Below, in pieces: positions 19,753 through 30,092 of a stretch of 64,000 nt of DNA; the stretch's first letter is position 1, and each line of letters begins with the position of its first letter. This stretch comes from a virus. The translations under genes were made by a program, and so were the position numbers. A model generated the notes under the pieces. That model was not told the origin of the DNA. It saw only the letters and a program-made list of their open reading frames with translations, and searched no databases. The stretch spans positions 1 through 64,000 of the IMG/VR virus record IMGVR_UViG_3300025113_000003; one strand, 5' to 3'.

Positions 19753-20595
19753 TCACTCATAGATGATGGGACCCTTGACCAGGGTAACGGGAAGCTCCTG
19801 CTTGATCTCCATGACACGCGCCTCTTTCTTGGCACGGCGTGGCTTCTTTGCGGTTGGTTCCATGCACTCCGCCTGACGGTTGACGTCGCTCAGCGTGACC
19901 TGGACTGGCTTCACTTGAACTGCACCTGGCTTCGGAAGCGGGGTCTCGACGCGCGGGTAGATCTTTGGTCGGTTCTCGACCGCCTTCGAGATTGCCTTGA
20001 GCTCAGGGCGCGGCGGGTTAAAATCGACGACTGCAGGCTTGGTAGCCGGTTTGGCTACCACAGGTGGCGCCATTGTCACAAATGGGGCTACCTCAGGGCG
20101 GCGAATGACCTGCGGCGGTGGCTCTCGCTCAGCGGCCAGCTGGAAGACGCCCGAGGACTGCTTCGGCACCGTGAAGCTGAGAGTGGCTGGTGGCGGAGGT
20201 GTAAGCGGCGCGCTGACAGTTGGCTCAACGCTGGCCTGCGTGGCGACTGGTGGTGGAATTTCTGCTGGCAGCTCAACCACCTCAGGCGGCGCATTGGTCG
20301 CCACGGTCACGACCTCTGCTTCTGGCTGGGGACCAGCGTAGCTGACCACCTCGACCTGCTTCTTGACCGGCACGAAGTACCGGTTGTTGAGGAGGACCTC
20401 TACTCGCAGCGGGTAGACGCCAGGCTCAATGCCAGTAGGAACGCGTAAAGGTGCCGACCAGGCATCGCCTTTGCGGTCCGCCTGGAAGCTTAGCTCAGGT
20501 GACGTCCCCAGGACCAGGCGCACCGCAGGCTCGGCGTTGGAGCCCATCACGTTGACCTTGAAGGTCACGTCATGCGGGTGGTTGATGGTAAACAT
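19753..20595 (-). CDS. Pro-rich hypothetical late protein
   Basis: Beta-rich N-terminus then Pro-rich linker; TAAATA 20623-20628. Confidence 0.7.
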   Translation of the reverse strand: MFTINHPHDVTFKVNVMGSNAEPAVRLVLGTSPELSFQADRKGDAWSAPLRVPTGIEPGVYPLRVEVLLNNRYFVPVKKQVEVVSYAGPQPEAEVVTVATNAPPEVVELPAEIPPPVATQASVEPTVSAPLTPPPPATLSFTVPKQSSGVFQLAAEREPPPQVIRRPEVAPFVTMAPPVVAKPATKPAVVDFNPPRPELKAISKAVENRPKIYPRVETPLPKPGAVQVKPVQVTLSDVNRQAECMEPTAKKPRRAKKEARVMEIKQELPVTLVKGPIIYE

Positions 20596-20599
20596 GTGC

Positions 20600-20995
20600 T
20601 TACGAGATGTTGAAGTCAGTGATATTTACAGCAACGACGGGTGGGAGGTCGGCATCGTCGACCTTGAGTCCAACCACCACCACGAAGTCCAGCTGCTGCT
20701 TCATCTCGAGCGTCTGTGCTCCCGAGGCGCCAAGCAGCTGCGCCGAGACGGTGACGAACGGCTGCTCGAGAGGCAGCTGCAGGTCGTCCTCTTCGCGCTC
20801 GGTCGGTGGCTGGAAGGGAGTGTGGTACGGGAACGACCAGCCTGGGCGGGTGCCTGCACCACCGCCACCGCCATGTGGCGGGACCGGGATGTCGGGGTAC
20901 TTCTCATCAATGAGACGGTCGAGCACCTTCTGCCGGATGTTGCCGCAGAAGGTATCAAGCGTGTAGCCGCTCAGCGTGCAGTAGTTGATCGCCAT
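20600..20995 (-). CDS. Hypothetical (probably virion-associated) protein
   Basis: Directly downstream of fibre gene. Confidence 0.65.
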   Translation of the reverse strand: MAINYCTLSGYTLDTFCGNIRQKVLDRLIDEKYPDIPVPPHGGGGGAGTRPGWSFPYHTPFQPPTEREEDDLQLPLEQPFVTVSAQLLGASGAQTLEMKQQLDFVVVVGLKVDDADLPPVVAVNITDFNIS

Positions 20996-20998
20996 AGA

Positions 20999-23900
20999 TC
21001 ACACCGCGATTTCCTGAATTATGAAGGTTCCGGTAACTGCTGCTCCGAATGTTGCTGTTACTCCCTGACCATAGAAAACAGTGACACCCGAATTTGGTCC
21101 TGCTCTAAAGGAGTACGTTCTTGCTGCAGTTGAACCGGATATCTCAGTCGCTGTAACGCTGTACTGATTGCCTGCACCAGAAGTGGTTCCAAATCCCAGT
21201 ACCTGAGCATTGATATTCGTGGTTCCGTTGAACGTTGCACAGGAAACAATAACGTCGGCTGCCGAGTTTATGATGAAGAAGGAGTTTGTTGTGATGAGAA
21301 TTCGACTTGTGGCAAGGATAGGCGTGAAGGACTGCGTCCACAGCTGAAAGCCCTCTCCGCTTGTAGGGATGCTGGTGTCATACGGTATCTGAAGGTTTGA
21401 GCTCGCTTTTGCTACAGTTCCGACGACCGTCTGAATTACTGAACCGCTTGGCACCCATGCGGTTCCGGTATACGTTTCAGTTCTGCTAGTGGTCGTGTTG
21501 AACCGCGTCATCCCTGCCGTTGGTGTTCCCGGCCGCTGAGCGGTCGTACCGCTTGGAATGCGCAGGAACTGGCTGTCCAGCTCAGCGATGGTGGTGAAGG
21601 CAGAGCCACTGGCGCTTACGCTCCACGCGAAACCGGTTGTTCCATTTGCATTAGGCCCACGGCTGCCAAAGCGATTTATGATCGATGGGGCGGCGAAGGT
21701 CCCAGCCGTCTGACCAATAGCCGCTACGGTGCTGAACTCAATGTACGTTGGGTCATCGTCACCGTCAACGACGCGGATGATTGGTTGAGAGCCGTTGTAC
21801 GCGTACGAGATAAGCGCGCTCGACGCCGGCGTGCCGCTGTTGAAGTATGCCAGGAGGCCGTCCTGGCTCGCGTTGTTAGACTCGATGTACAGAGTGGCCG
21901 TGCCGACCTGCGCTGACCCACCGACGCGCAGCTGGTTGGTCGCTACAGTGCCGGTGATAGCGACGTGCGGGTTGGCACCTGCAACGAAGTTGAAGGCTGG
22001 GTCGCCACCGAAGGCACCCGCGTTGTTGTACTGAACGTTGGTAGTGGCACCGCCAGGGGCGGTACCCGCGGCTGCCGCGTTGACCCACTGCGTGCCATTG
22101 AACTGCAGGACCTGGTTGGTGGCTGGCGCCGAAACGGTGACGTCGCTGAGGTCAGTAAGCGCGATGCTCTCAGGCTGCCCACCGGCAAAGACATAGCCAA
22201 GCGTCAGCTGCTGGTTGTTGGTGAACGCCGCGCCACCGCTGCTCAGCAGCTGGATAGTCCAGGTGAAGTAGCTGTTGGCGACATCCTCAGCCACCGCGGT
22301 GATGAACCACTGCTGGAACTGGTCCGCGTCGTTGCGCGCCTGGACCCAGAGCACTGTGTTGGGCGTGATCTTGCGGTAGTAGTTCGTGAGGTCCGTCGCG
22401 GGGGCACCGGTGGACGCATCCACAAAGACCTGGGTCGCCGTGGTCTGTCCCGCGGTGTTGTAGCGAATGGTGCCATTCGCTGGCGGCGGTGTTGTTACCG
22501 TCCCAAAGTTGTAGTTGAACAGCTGAGCCGCCCGCATCGTTGGCTGGCCCCAGTAGGCGGCAGTGCCGTCGGTCAGCAGCGCCGCCCCATCGAGACCCGT
22601 CTGCGCCGGCAGCAGGGCGTTAAGGGCGGCGCTGGCGGTCGTCTGACCGGTGCCGCCGCTGGTGATTGCGAGGGTGCCGCCAGCGGTGATGGTGCCCGCT
22701 GTGGTGACTGGCCCACCCACAAAGGTGAGCCCAGTGGTGCCACCAGCGACGTTGACCGACGTGACAGTCCCTGTGCTGGCGCTCGTCGAGGCCCACGTGC
22801 CGTCAGCCCGAAGGAAGTTGGTGGTGCCGCCGCCTGAGGCTGGGACGATGCCTTCAGTTGAAGAGGTGAAAGGCACCAGGTCAAACTCGAGGGTGCCCGA
22901 GGTGGTGATTGGGCTGCCAACGATGGTCAGCCCAGGCGAGGTGGAGGTCGCCTCGACCATGACGACGGTGCCGGCACCGGCGCTCGCACCACCCCCACCC
23001 CCACCGGCGTACGCGAAGACCGCCTGCGTTGAAAGGTTGGTGGTGCCCTGTTCAACGGCGAAGCGGCAGACCTCAACGGTGGTACCCGCTGGGAAGATGG
23101 TCGTGAAGGGGGCGAAGTTGATGTTGTCAACCGCTGTGTCTAGGTCGTTGTACTGTACCTCACCCACCTGCACGAGCGCGTTGCCGCGCAGCGAGATCAG
23201 GATGCGCTGCACCGTCGCGCGGTTGTTGCCGAGGTTTACCATCGCGGTGCCGTTCCAGTACTGGTTTACCTGGACGTTGGTGGACGCGCTTGGGAACACC
23301 CCTGAGGCAAGGGTGCCGGGGTTGAAGATGCCGAAGACGAGCGGGTCCTCAGCGGGGATCGGGCGCACGTTGACGTCAGCGCCGCCCCAGTTGGCTGACT
23401 CGCCCTTGACGACGCCCTCAGTTGAGCGCAGCGTCAGGTTGGTGTTTGGCTGAATGAAGACGTCCGAGGTGATCTCGGCGTACGCCTCCAGCAGCTCGGT
23501 GTTGCCCGCGAACTCAGGCTGTGAGACGGCGTTGCGGGGGCCTGCCGCTCCGTCAATGAAGGAGGTGACCCCGCCGTTGACCTTGACCATGACGTAGCCG
23601 ACCTGCAGCAGGCCCGGGTTGTTCGTCTGGCTGTCAGCGGTGACAGTGAGGACGCCGTTCTCGCCGTAGCCGAAGTAGCGGATGTAGAGCCCGTCTACCG
23701 TGATGCCGAGGTTGGCGAGCGGGTAGACCTGCTGAGGGAAGGTTCGAATGGCGTTCTCGATGCCTTGACCCAGCTGATCGTGGAAGATAGCCTGTCCAAC
23801 CTCGTTCACCTGCACCGTGAAGTCGTCAATGGGAGTTAGGCCCGCCGAGTCGGTGGTGGTCGTCACACCTGTGCTGACGGCGACGTTCCCCAGCAGGGTA

Positions 23901-26563
23901 AGCACGGTGTCAAGGTCGCTCTGGTTGGTCATGTCCCCTGTGATGAGACCCCAGGTACCCGTGGGCTGCGCGTCAACCCATTCGGAGCCGTTGAAGGTGA
24001 GCACGTGACCAATGGCTGGCGTGGTGAGGGTGACATCGGTGAGGTCATCAAGCGCTGGGGACGGGATGTCCGTCGGGACCCACGTGGACCCATTGTAGGT
24101 AAGGACCTGGTCAGGGACGGCGGTGGTCACCGCGACGTTGCTGAGCTGGTCAAGGGAGTAGTCACCTTCAGTGGCAACGATGTTGCCGGTGCGGCCGAAG
24201 ACGGTGGTGACTGGGAAGGCGATCGACGTCGGTGTCACCGCTGTAACCCGACCATACGCGTCAGTCGTGAAGGTCGGGACGGAGATGGCGCTGCCGTGCG
24301 TACCTGCCGAGCCCGCAAGGGCGAGATCGATGCTGTCCGGGTTGACGACGATGCGACCTACGTCGGCAGTGACGACGTCGAGCTGGTTGCCGGTCTTCGT
24401 GAGGCCGGCACCGGCGGCCACCTGACCCAGGCCCGTGAACTGCACGAACGCCAGCGGCGTGGTGTCGACGACGATGGGGTCAGGGGTAGACAGGACCCAG
24501 CCGCTGTCGGCGTTGAGGGTACCGTCGGTGACAAAGACGTAGAGCCCAGCGGTGACCTCGACGTCCTCATCGGCATCAGGAACTCGCACCAGCCCGGTGG
24601 CGCTGTAGGTGTAGATGCCGTTCTCAGCGCCTGCCGCCTGGTTCTTGACCAGGATGCGGTCGCCTTCCGTCAGCGTGACGCCATCGATGACAGCAGGCGG
24701 GGTAGCGAGCGTGATGGCCGCTGTGGTGGCGGCGATGGCCGATGGCTTGAAGTCCAGGCCCGTGATGAAGTTGTCGACGTACTGCTTGGTCGCGACCTGC
24801 TGGGCTGAAACCGGGTCGGCGCCGACCGTCACCTGCGCGAAGGACGGTGTGGCGCCGGTGTGGATGTCCTGCGGGGTCGAGAGGGTCACAGCACCAGTGG
24901 CCGCTGAGACGAGGACCTGGTTGGATGTTCCTGCTAGACTGACAACGCCGGTGTTGGTGATGACCGGGTTGGTGATGACGCCGTCGCCGTTGGAGATGCT
25001 GACGCCGGTTCCAGCGATGAGGGTCCTAGCCGCCGAGACGTTGAGCGCGGTGCGCACGACGAAGCCGTTGGCGCCTGGGTCGGCGACGACCGCCGGTGGG
25101 GTGGAGTTGACCCACTCCGCTCCGTTGAAGCGCAGCAGATCGCCGGTAGCAGGGGCGGTGAGCGTGACGTCGCTAAGGAGGTCCAGCGAGTAGTCGCCTT
25201 CAGCGGCGACAACGGCGCCTGAGCGGCCGAAGACGGTGGTGACAGGGAAGGTGATGGCGGTCTCGACGACCGTGACCACCCGGCCCTTGGCATCGGTGGT
25301 GAGGACTGGAACGGTGAGCGTGTCACCATACGTACCAGGCGTTCCTGCGTCAGCGAGGTCAATGGTTGGGTTGCCGGTGCTGCCGCTGCCGTTGGTAACG
25401 CTGATGTTGGCGACGGTGCCGGTGATCGTACGCACCGCCCAGAGGTCGGCGCCGGTGCGCGCAGAGAACCCAGTTCCGGTAAGCCCCTCGATACCAGCGA
25501 GGTCGTTGGCGAGCGTTAGCACGAACGTGCCACTGGATGTAATTGGCCCACCGCTGACGGAGATGCCTGCCACTGGAGGTGTGATGTCCACCGAGGTGAC
25601 GGTACCGAGCGTTGGCACGGTGTTGGCCCAAAGGGTGCCGTTGAACTGCAGGACCTCTCCGGCGGCAGGAGCAGTCAAGAGAACATCGCCGAGCAGGTCA
25701 AGGACGTAGTCGCCCTTCACCGCTGAGACGACCCCTACCCTGCTGAAGACGCTGGTAACAGGAGCAGGTGCGACGGCGGCGGGGGCCCAGGTGCCCGCGC
25801 TGAACGTGAGCACCATTCCATTAGCTGCACCGGTCGTTGAAACGTCGCCAAGCAGGTCGAGGGTGTAGTCGCCTTCGACGGCGACTACGTCGCCGGTACG
25901 GGTGAAGACACTGGTGACCGACGCCGGTGGGAAGGTGATGGGGGTCGAGACTACCGAGGTGACCCTGCCCTTGGCGTCAGTGGTGATGACTGGCACCGAG
26001 GTCGCCGACCCGTAGGTGCCAGCGGTGCCAGCGTCAGCGAGGTCGATCGTCGGGTTGCCTGCGACGCCGGTGCCGCTTGTGACGACGATGGTTCCAGCGG
26101 TTCCAAGGATGGTGCGGGTGACCCAGGTGTCCACGGCAACGCGCGTCGCAATACCCGTTGAAGCGAGCCCTTCAAGAGCGGCTAGGTCATTGGCCAGTGC
26201 GAACGTTGGAGCATTGGCGACGCCATCTGGGTTGGTGATGGTGAGGCCGGCGGCGGGAGCTACCAGCGTACGGGTCACGACCGCTCCCTCACCTGAGCGA
26301 ATGACGAGTCCGTTCGTCCCAAGCGCAGCAAACGCGGTTAGATCGGCGTCGAGCGGCTGGGCGTCGGTGATGCCGACGCCCGCGAGCGTCGTCTCAAGAG
26401 TGGCGGAGGTCACCCGTCCTTTGGCTGAAACGACGACCTTGTTGTATGTGCCGCCTGTTACGCCAGTATCACTTAACTTTGGTTCGGTAACCGCACCATC
26501 CAGTAGATCGCTGGTCTCAACGCTGCTATCTAGGATCTGCTTACCGGGTAGTTGTGTCCTCAC
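20999..26563 (-). CDS. Long repetitive fibre-like virion protein (1854 aa)
   Basis: Repeats VTxVFxRxGxVxAxEGDYxLDxLxDV..VLxFNGxxW and GTYGSA..VP..TTDAKGRV; ATKQYVD..GLD..DGV.L..GDRILV domain; Thr/Gly/Ala-rich. Confidence 0.85.
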   Translation of the reverse strand: MRTQLPGKQILDSSVETSDLLDGAVTEPKLSDTGVTGGTYNKVVVSAKGRVTSATLETTLAGVGITDAQPLDADLTAFAALGTNGLVIRSGEGAVVTRTLVAPAAGLTITNPDGVANAPTFALANDLAALEGLASTGIATRVAVDTWVTRTILGTAGTIVVTSGTGVAGNPTIDLADAGTAGTYGSATSVPVITTDAKGRVTSVVSTPITFPPASVTSVFTRTGDVVAVEGDYTLDLLGDVSTTGAANGMVLTFSAGTWAPAAVAPAPVTSVFSRVGVVSAVKGDYVLDLLGDVLLTAPAAGEVLQFNGTLWANTVPTLGTVTSVDITPPVAGISVSGGPITSSGTFVLTLANDLAGIEGLTGTGFSARTGADLWAVRTITGTVANISVTNGSGSTGNPTIDLADAGTPGTYGDTLTVPVLTTDAKGRVVTVVETAITFPVTTVFGRSGAVVAAEGDYSLDLLSDVTLTAPATGDLLRFNGAEWVNSTPPAVVADPGANGFVVRTALNVSAARTLIAGTGVSISNGDGVITNPVITNTGVVSLAGTSNQVLVSAATGAVTLSTPQDIHTGATPSFAQVTVGADPVSAQQVATKQYVDNFITGLDFKPSAIAATTAAITLATPPAVIDGVTLTEGDRILVKNQAAGAENGIYTYSATGLVRVPDADEDVEVTAGLYVFVTDGTLNADSGWVLSTPDPIVVDTTPLAFVQFTGLGQVAAGAGLTKTGNQLDVVTADVGRIVVNPDSIDLALAGSAGTHGSAISVPTFTTDAYGRVTAVTPTSIAFPVTTVFGRTGNIVATEGDYSLDQLSNVAVTTAVPDQVLTYNGSTWVPTDIPSPALDDLTDVTLTTPAIGHVLTFNGSEWVDAQPTGTWGLITGDMTNQSDLDTVLTLLGNVAVSTGVTTTTDSAGLTPIDDFTVQVNEVGQAIFHDQLGQGIENAIRTFPQQVYPLANLGITVDGLYIRYFGYGENGVLTVTADSQTNNPGLLQVGYVMVKVNGGVTSFIDGAAGPRNAVSQPEFAGNTELLEAYAEITSDVFIQPNTNLTLRSTEGVVKGESANWGGADVNVRPIPAEDPLVFGIFNPGTLASGVFPSASTNVQVNQYWNGTAMVNLGNNRATVQRILISLRGNALVQVGEVQYNDLDTAVDNINFAPFTTIFPAGTTVEVCRFAVEQGTTNLSTQAVFAYAGGGGGGASAGAGTVVMVEATSTSPGLTIVGSPITTSGTLEFDLVPFTSSTEGIVPASGGGTTNFLRADGTWASTSASTGTVTSVNVAGGTTGLTFVGGPVTTAGTITAGGTLAITSGGTGQTTASAALNALLPAQTGLDGAALLTDGTAAYWGQPTMRAAQLFNYNFGTVTTPPPANGTIRYNTAGQTTATQVFVDASTGAPATDLTNYYRKITPNTVLWVQARNDADQFQQWFITAVAEDVANSYFTWTIQLLSSGGAAFTNNQQLTLGYVFAGGQPESIALTDLSDVTVSAPATNQVLQFNGTQWVNAAAAGTAPGGATTNVQYNNAGAFGGDPAFNFVAGANPHVAITGTVATNQLRVGGSAQVGTATLYIESNNASQDGLLAYFNSGTPASSALISYAYNGSQPIIRVVDGDDDPTYIEFSTVAAIGQTAGTFAAPSIINRFGSRGPNANGTTGFAWSVSASGSAFTTIAELDSQFLRIPSGTTAQRPGTPTAGMTRFNTTTSRTETYTGTAWVPSGSVIQTVVGTVAKASSNLQIPYDTSIPTSGEGFQLWTQSFTPILATSRILITTNSFFIINSAADVIVSCATFNGTTNINAQVLGFGTTSGAGNQYSVTATEISGSTAARTYSFRAGPNSGVTVFYGQGVTATFGAAVTGTFIIQEIAV

Positions 26564-26612
26564 TCTGCACCTTTACCTGATTGGTGAGGACCGGGACCCT
26601 CACCAATTCCAA

Positions 26613-28238
26613 TCACTTGAAGTAGGAAACACGGATCTTGTCGCCTACGGCTGGAACGAACTCGAACGTGATCACGGCACCAGCAATCGTGTAGTCATTG
26701 CCAGTCCCTACGTCCTGTAGCAGGCCGTTCAAGTACACGTGTTCGGTCCCAACCTTCGGGGTGTTTGCCAGCGTGAATATTGCGTTGAGGCCATCAATCA
26801 AACCGACTGGCGTTTCACGCGTGATCACATCCGCCACGCTGACGACCGTTGCTGGGTTGATCGTGACAACCCCGCCCTCGGTCATCGTGACGTCGCCTGA
26901 GAGCGCCACTGAGACGTTGCCTGCGCCGGAGCCGACGATGATCTGCGCCGGAGCAAGGGCTACGATCTTAGGTAGCGTGACGGCGCCGACGCCTATCGTG
27001 GCTGCCCCGGTCTCAGCCAGCGTGATGTCGCCCGAGACCACAACTGCTGCATTGCCGGCGGCGGTACCGATGATGATCTCGGTAGAGGCCAGCGGAGCAA
27101 GTGCGTCAAAGTCAATCTCCGCCAGAGTGATCGTACCGTCTGACGCGATCGTGGCGTCACCACTGGCGGTCACATAGGTCGGAACGCCAAGAGCGTCGTT
27201 GACGATGATCTGAGCGGCAGTCCCTGGAACGAGCTTGGTGAGCGCGATCGGTGCAAGGGTGATGGCCCCGCTTGGTGCAATCGTGGCGTCGCCTGAGGCG
27301 GTCACGTAGGTCGGAACACCGGTGGTGGCCGCCGTGACGATGATCTGCCCGGCTGGCAGACCTGCCGCCAGCTTCACAAGAGGCACCGAGCCGTCAGGAA
27401 TGTCAGCGGCTGAGATAGCTCCTGGGGTGATTGACGCTACGCCCAGCTCATCGATGGTGATGTCACCCGAGATGGTCTGCGGAGTAGCAACGTTTGTGGC
27501 GCTACCGATCAGGAACTGAGCCTGTGGTAGAGCGGCAAGGCTGAGACCACCTGCGCCAATGGCCAGCGTGGCATTTGCAAGGGTCAGCGCGATGTTGTCG
27601 GGATTGACAACGATGCCGCCGTTGGCTGAAACAACGTCAAGCGTGCTGCCGACCTTAACAAGACCCCCACCAGCTTCGATTTCGCCAGCTGACGAGAACT
27701 GTGAGAAGCTTAGCGGCGTGACGTCAAGATCGATTGGGTTAGGAGTTGACAGGACCCAGCCCGAATCTCCGTTTGCCAGGCCTTCCTCGACGAAGACGAA
27801 CATGCCTGAGTTGACCTCGCCATCTGCATCTGCATCCGCAGAGCGTACCCAGGCGCCGGCGCCAACAACGTAGATGCCGTTCGTTTCCCCCAGGGTCTGT
27901 CCGGCGACCAGCACACGGTCGCCCGCTACCAGCGAGACACCGTCAACGGTCTGGATACCAGTTAGCGGGATATCAGTGAGCGAGATGACCCGAACGGCGT
28001 CCTTGACATCGAGACCGGTTGAAACGGCATCAACGTAGCCCTTTGTGGCTAGGTCATTGGGGGTAATTGGCGCAACGCCGCCCTGCGGGGCGGTAAACGG
28101 AACTGACCCGTCGCTCTTTACGAGTAGGTCGCCATCCTCGATCTTGGAGAGCTCGATACCTGCGGCGGTAGCGATCTGCGCGTTGCCGATGGTGAGATCG
28201 ATGATTTGCGTGTTACCGCGGATTTTGGTGAGAGCCAT
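26613..28238 (-). CDS. Fibre/whisker-like virion protein with internal repeats
   Basis: ATKGYVD..GLDVK..GDRVLV domain; ~40-aa SGD(A/I)TI repeats; C-terminal VYLNGLLQ..GNDYTI domain; TAAATA 28263-28268. Confidence 0.82.
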   Translation of the reverse strand: MALTKIRGNTQIIDLTIGNAQIATAAGIELSKIEDGDLLVKSDGSVPFTAPQGGVAPITPNDLATKGYVDAVSTGLDVKDAVRVISLTDIPLTGIQTVDGVSLVAGDRVLVAGQTLGETNGIYVVGAGAWVRSADADADGEVNSGMFVFVEEGLANGDSGWVLSTPNPIDLDVTPLSFSQFSSAGEIEAGGGLVKVGSTLDVVSANGGIVVNPDNIALTLANATLAIGAGGLSLAALPQAQFLIGSATNVATPQTISGDITIDELGVASITPGAISAADIPDGSVPLVKLAAGLPAGQIIVTAATTGVPTYVTASGDATIAPSGAITLAPIALTKLVPGTAAQIIVNDALGVPTYVTASGDATIASDGTITLAEIDFDALAPLASTEIIIGTAAGNAAVVVSGDITLAETGAATIGVGAVTLPKIVALAPAQIIVGSGAGNVSVALSGDVTMTEGGVVTINPATVVSVADVITRETPVGLIDGLNAIFTLANTPKVGTEHVYLNGLLQDVGTGNDYTIAGAVITFEFVPAVGDKIRVSYFK

Positions 28239-28276
28239 GAAGTCCTCCTAAGGGTGTCGCTATATTTAGGTACGGG

Positions 28277-29128
28277 TCACGAAGCGATGAAGTCAATCGT
28301 GATATCCTGGCCCTCGTCGATCATTGCCTGCGTTAGAACGTATGGCAGCGTCAGCTGATTAGGCGCTGATTCTGTATATGATGAACCGAGCTTCTGGCGA
28401 AGGCCGCCGACGTACAGGGACGTGCTGCCAGCGATGAAGCTCTGCGTTGTTTGAAGGACCGTGTCAGGGTCGGCTGGGATCAAGGTGTACGCTGCGTTGA
28501 ACACCGGAGCGGTGCCACCAGGTCCTCCGATGTTGTCGTTACCTGGAACCCAGTTGGTGCCGTCCCACTTCAGCGTCTGCCCGATCGAGGGTGGCGCGGT
28601 GACCGTGTCAACGTCGGTTAGGTCGTCGATTGACAGGGTGGGTGCAGGTGGAGCCGGAATGGTGACCGTCTTGGCAGGACCGGCGCCGGAGACGGTGACC
28701 CCGCCGCCTACAAAGTCCAGGCTGGTTGCAGAGCCAAGTGATGTGCCCTCGTCCAAGATGTCGATGACACCGACCTCGTCCGTTCCTTGCTCCAGCGCGT
28801 TGAACATCGTCCGCGCGGTGATGCGGTGATCGACCAGCGTGTCGCTGCCTGCCGAGGCGGACCAGGCGCGAGGAGGCATGCCCTCCAGGTCCTGTTCCTG
28901 TCCGCGTACCAGACCGGTGAAGGTGTCGCCAGTCCGGCCGTTGACGCGAATGATCTCGCGAACCGTGGAGGCCTGGTCTTCGAGCGTGACAAGAAAGTAC
29001 TCACCTGCCGCGGGGGACGGGAACATCTGCCCGTTGCCTGCCATCACCGTCAGGGTGGTAGCGGTGGCGGTGATTGGGGCCGCCAGCAGCGTGACGGCGT
29101 TGTTCGTAAAGAGCTGGCGATCTGCCAT
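28277..29128 (-). CDS. Virion structural protein
   Basis: FTNNAVTLLA..RGQE..AW N-terminal domain; DDLTDVD..GQTLKWDGTNW repeat shared with fibre genes. Confidence 0.75.
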   Translation of the reverse strand: MADRQLFTNNAVTLLAAPITATATTLTVMAGNGQMFPSPAAGEYFLVTLEDQASTVREIIRVNGRTGDTFTGLVRGQEQDLEGMPPRAWSASAGSDTLVDHRITARTMFNALEQGTDEVGVIDILDEGTSLGSATSLDFVGGGVTVSGAGPAKTVTIPAPPAPTLSIDDLTDVDTVTAPPSIGQTLKWDGTNWVPGNDNIGGPGGTAPVFNAAYTLIPADPDTVLQTTQSFIAGSTSLYVGGLRQKLGSSYTESAPNQLTLPYVLTQAMIDEGQDITIDFIAS

Positions 29129-29349
29129 CAGGCCGCTCCTCGCGTAGCAGGCAGCACCGAGCCACCGTGCTCAGCTAGCACCTGCAGAATTGCTGGCTTG
29201 TCCTTCTGAGAGAGCGCCTCAAAGGCCTGTTGAAAGGCGTCCGCCTGCGCCAGCGGCACCTTGAGATCAATGACCTCAATCCCGTGCGTGACCTTGAAGA
29301 CCTGAAAGGGCCTCTTCTGCGGCTTGCTAAGCGCGTTCAGCAGCTCCAT
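29128..29349 (-). CDS. Hypothetical protein
   Basis: TGATG-coupled ORF. Confidence 0.6.
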   Translation of the reverse strand: MELLNALSKPQKRPFQVFKVTHGIEVIDLKVPLAQADAFQQAFEALSQKDKPAILQVLAEHGGSVLPATRGAA

Positions 29350-29843
29350 CAGGACCCCGTGTAGTCGTCATAGTACCGTAGAAACTTGTCCCGGGAGAAG
29401 AGGTCGTTGCCGATGTCGCGCTCGATGTCGATGATCTGATTGAGGCGGACCTCGTTCTTGTCATCCTCGTCATCCTCTACCTTGCCAACGACCAGGAGCC
29501 CCTTGGCCAGCTCGTTGCGCTTGTGCAGCTTCACTCCCGTAACTCGAATGATCTCGTTGCCAGCCTTACCCTTGTAGGTCACGGTGTCATTGATCTGTGG
29601 CAGGTGAAACTTCCGCCTCACCTCGCCGGCGGCCTTGAAGACCTTGGCACCTGTCACGTACTCCATGACCTTGCCGTTGATCTTGTTGATGTCGAAGAAG
29701 TAGACAGGGTCAGACGGCACGCCGGTGGTGTGCTCGACGTAGACAGCGGGACCCTTGTCACGGTAATTGGTGTACGAAAGGACGGTAAACGTGACGCCGT
29801 CCTTCGTTTCAATCTTGTCACCCTTTAGCGGCACGACGATCAT
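29349..29843 (-). CDS. Hypothetical late protein
   Basis: TAAATA 29867-29872 upstream. Confidence 0.7.
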   Translation of the reverse strand: MIVVPLKGDKIETKDGVTFTVLSYTNYRDKGPAVYVEHTTGVPSDPVYFFDINKINGKVMEYVTGAKVFKAAGEVRRKFHLPQINDTVTYKGKAGNEIIRVTGVKLHKRNELAKGLLVVGKVEDDEDDKNEVRLNQIIDIERDIGNDLFSRDKFLRYYDDYTGS

Positions 29844-29897
29844 TTGTAGCTTTCTGGTTGCACTGGTATTTATCCCAGGCTGAGCTGGTTAAAGCTA

Positions 29898-30092
29898 CTA
29901 GCGCTGGTCGTCGTCAAGTGGAGCCTCCAGCTCCTCCTCTAGCTCCGCTTGGCGCACGTTCTGCACGTACTTCTTGAAGGAGACACGAGCTAACCGGTCA
30001 ATCCGGTCGCTCTTGTCCGACCCCTTCTTCTTGGGTTTGCGCGCGGCCTTGCGGCGGTCGTCGTGCTTGTCGTAGATCTCAGAGTGCTTCAC
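29898..30092 (-). CDS. Small basic/acidic hypothetical protein
   Basis: GTGA-coupled to upstream gene. Confidence 0.6.
   Translation of the reverse strand: MKHSEIYDKHDDRRKAARKPKKKGSDKSDRIDRLARVSFKKYVQNVRQAELEEELEAPLDDDQR

Noticed and set aside
20999-28238. CRISPR array or DGR-like repeats
   Set aside because: Repeats are degenerate, in-frame protein repeats; there are no identical spaced repeats, no reverse transcriptase and no adenine-specific TR/VR pair visible.
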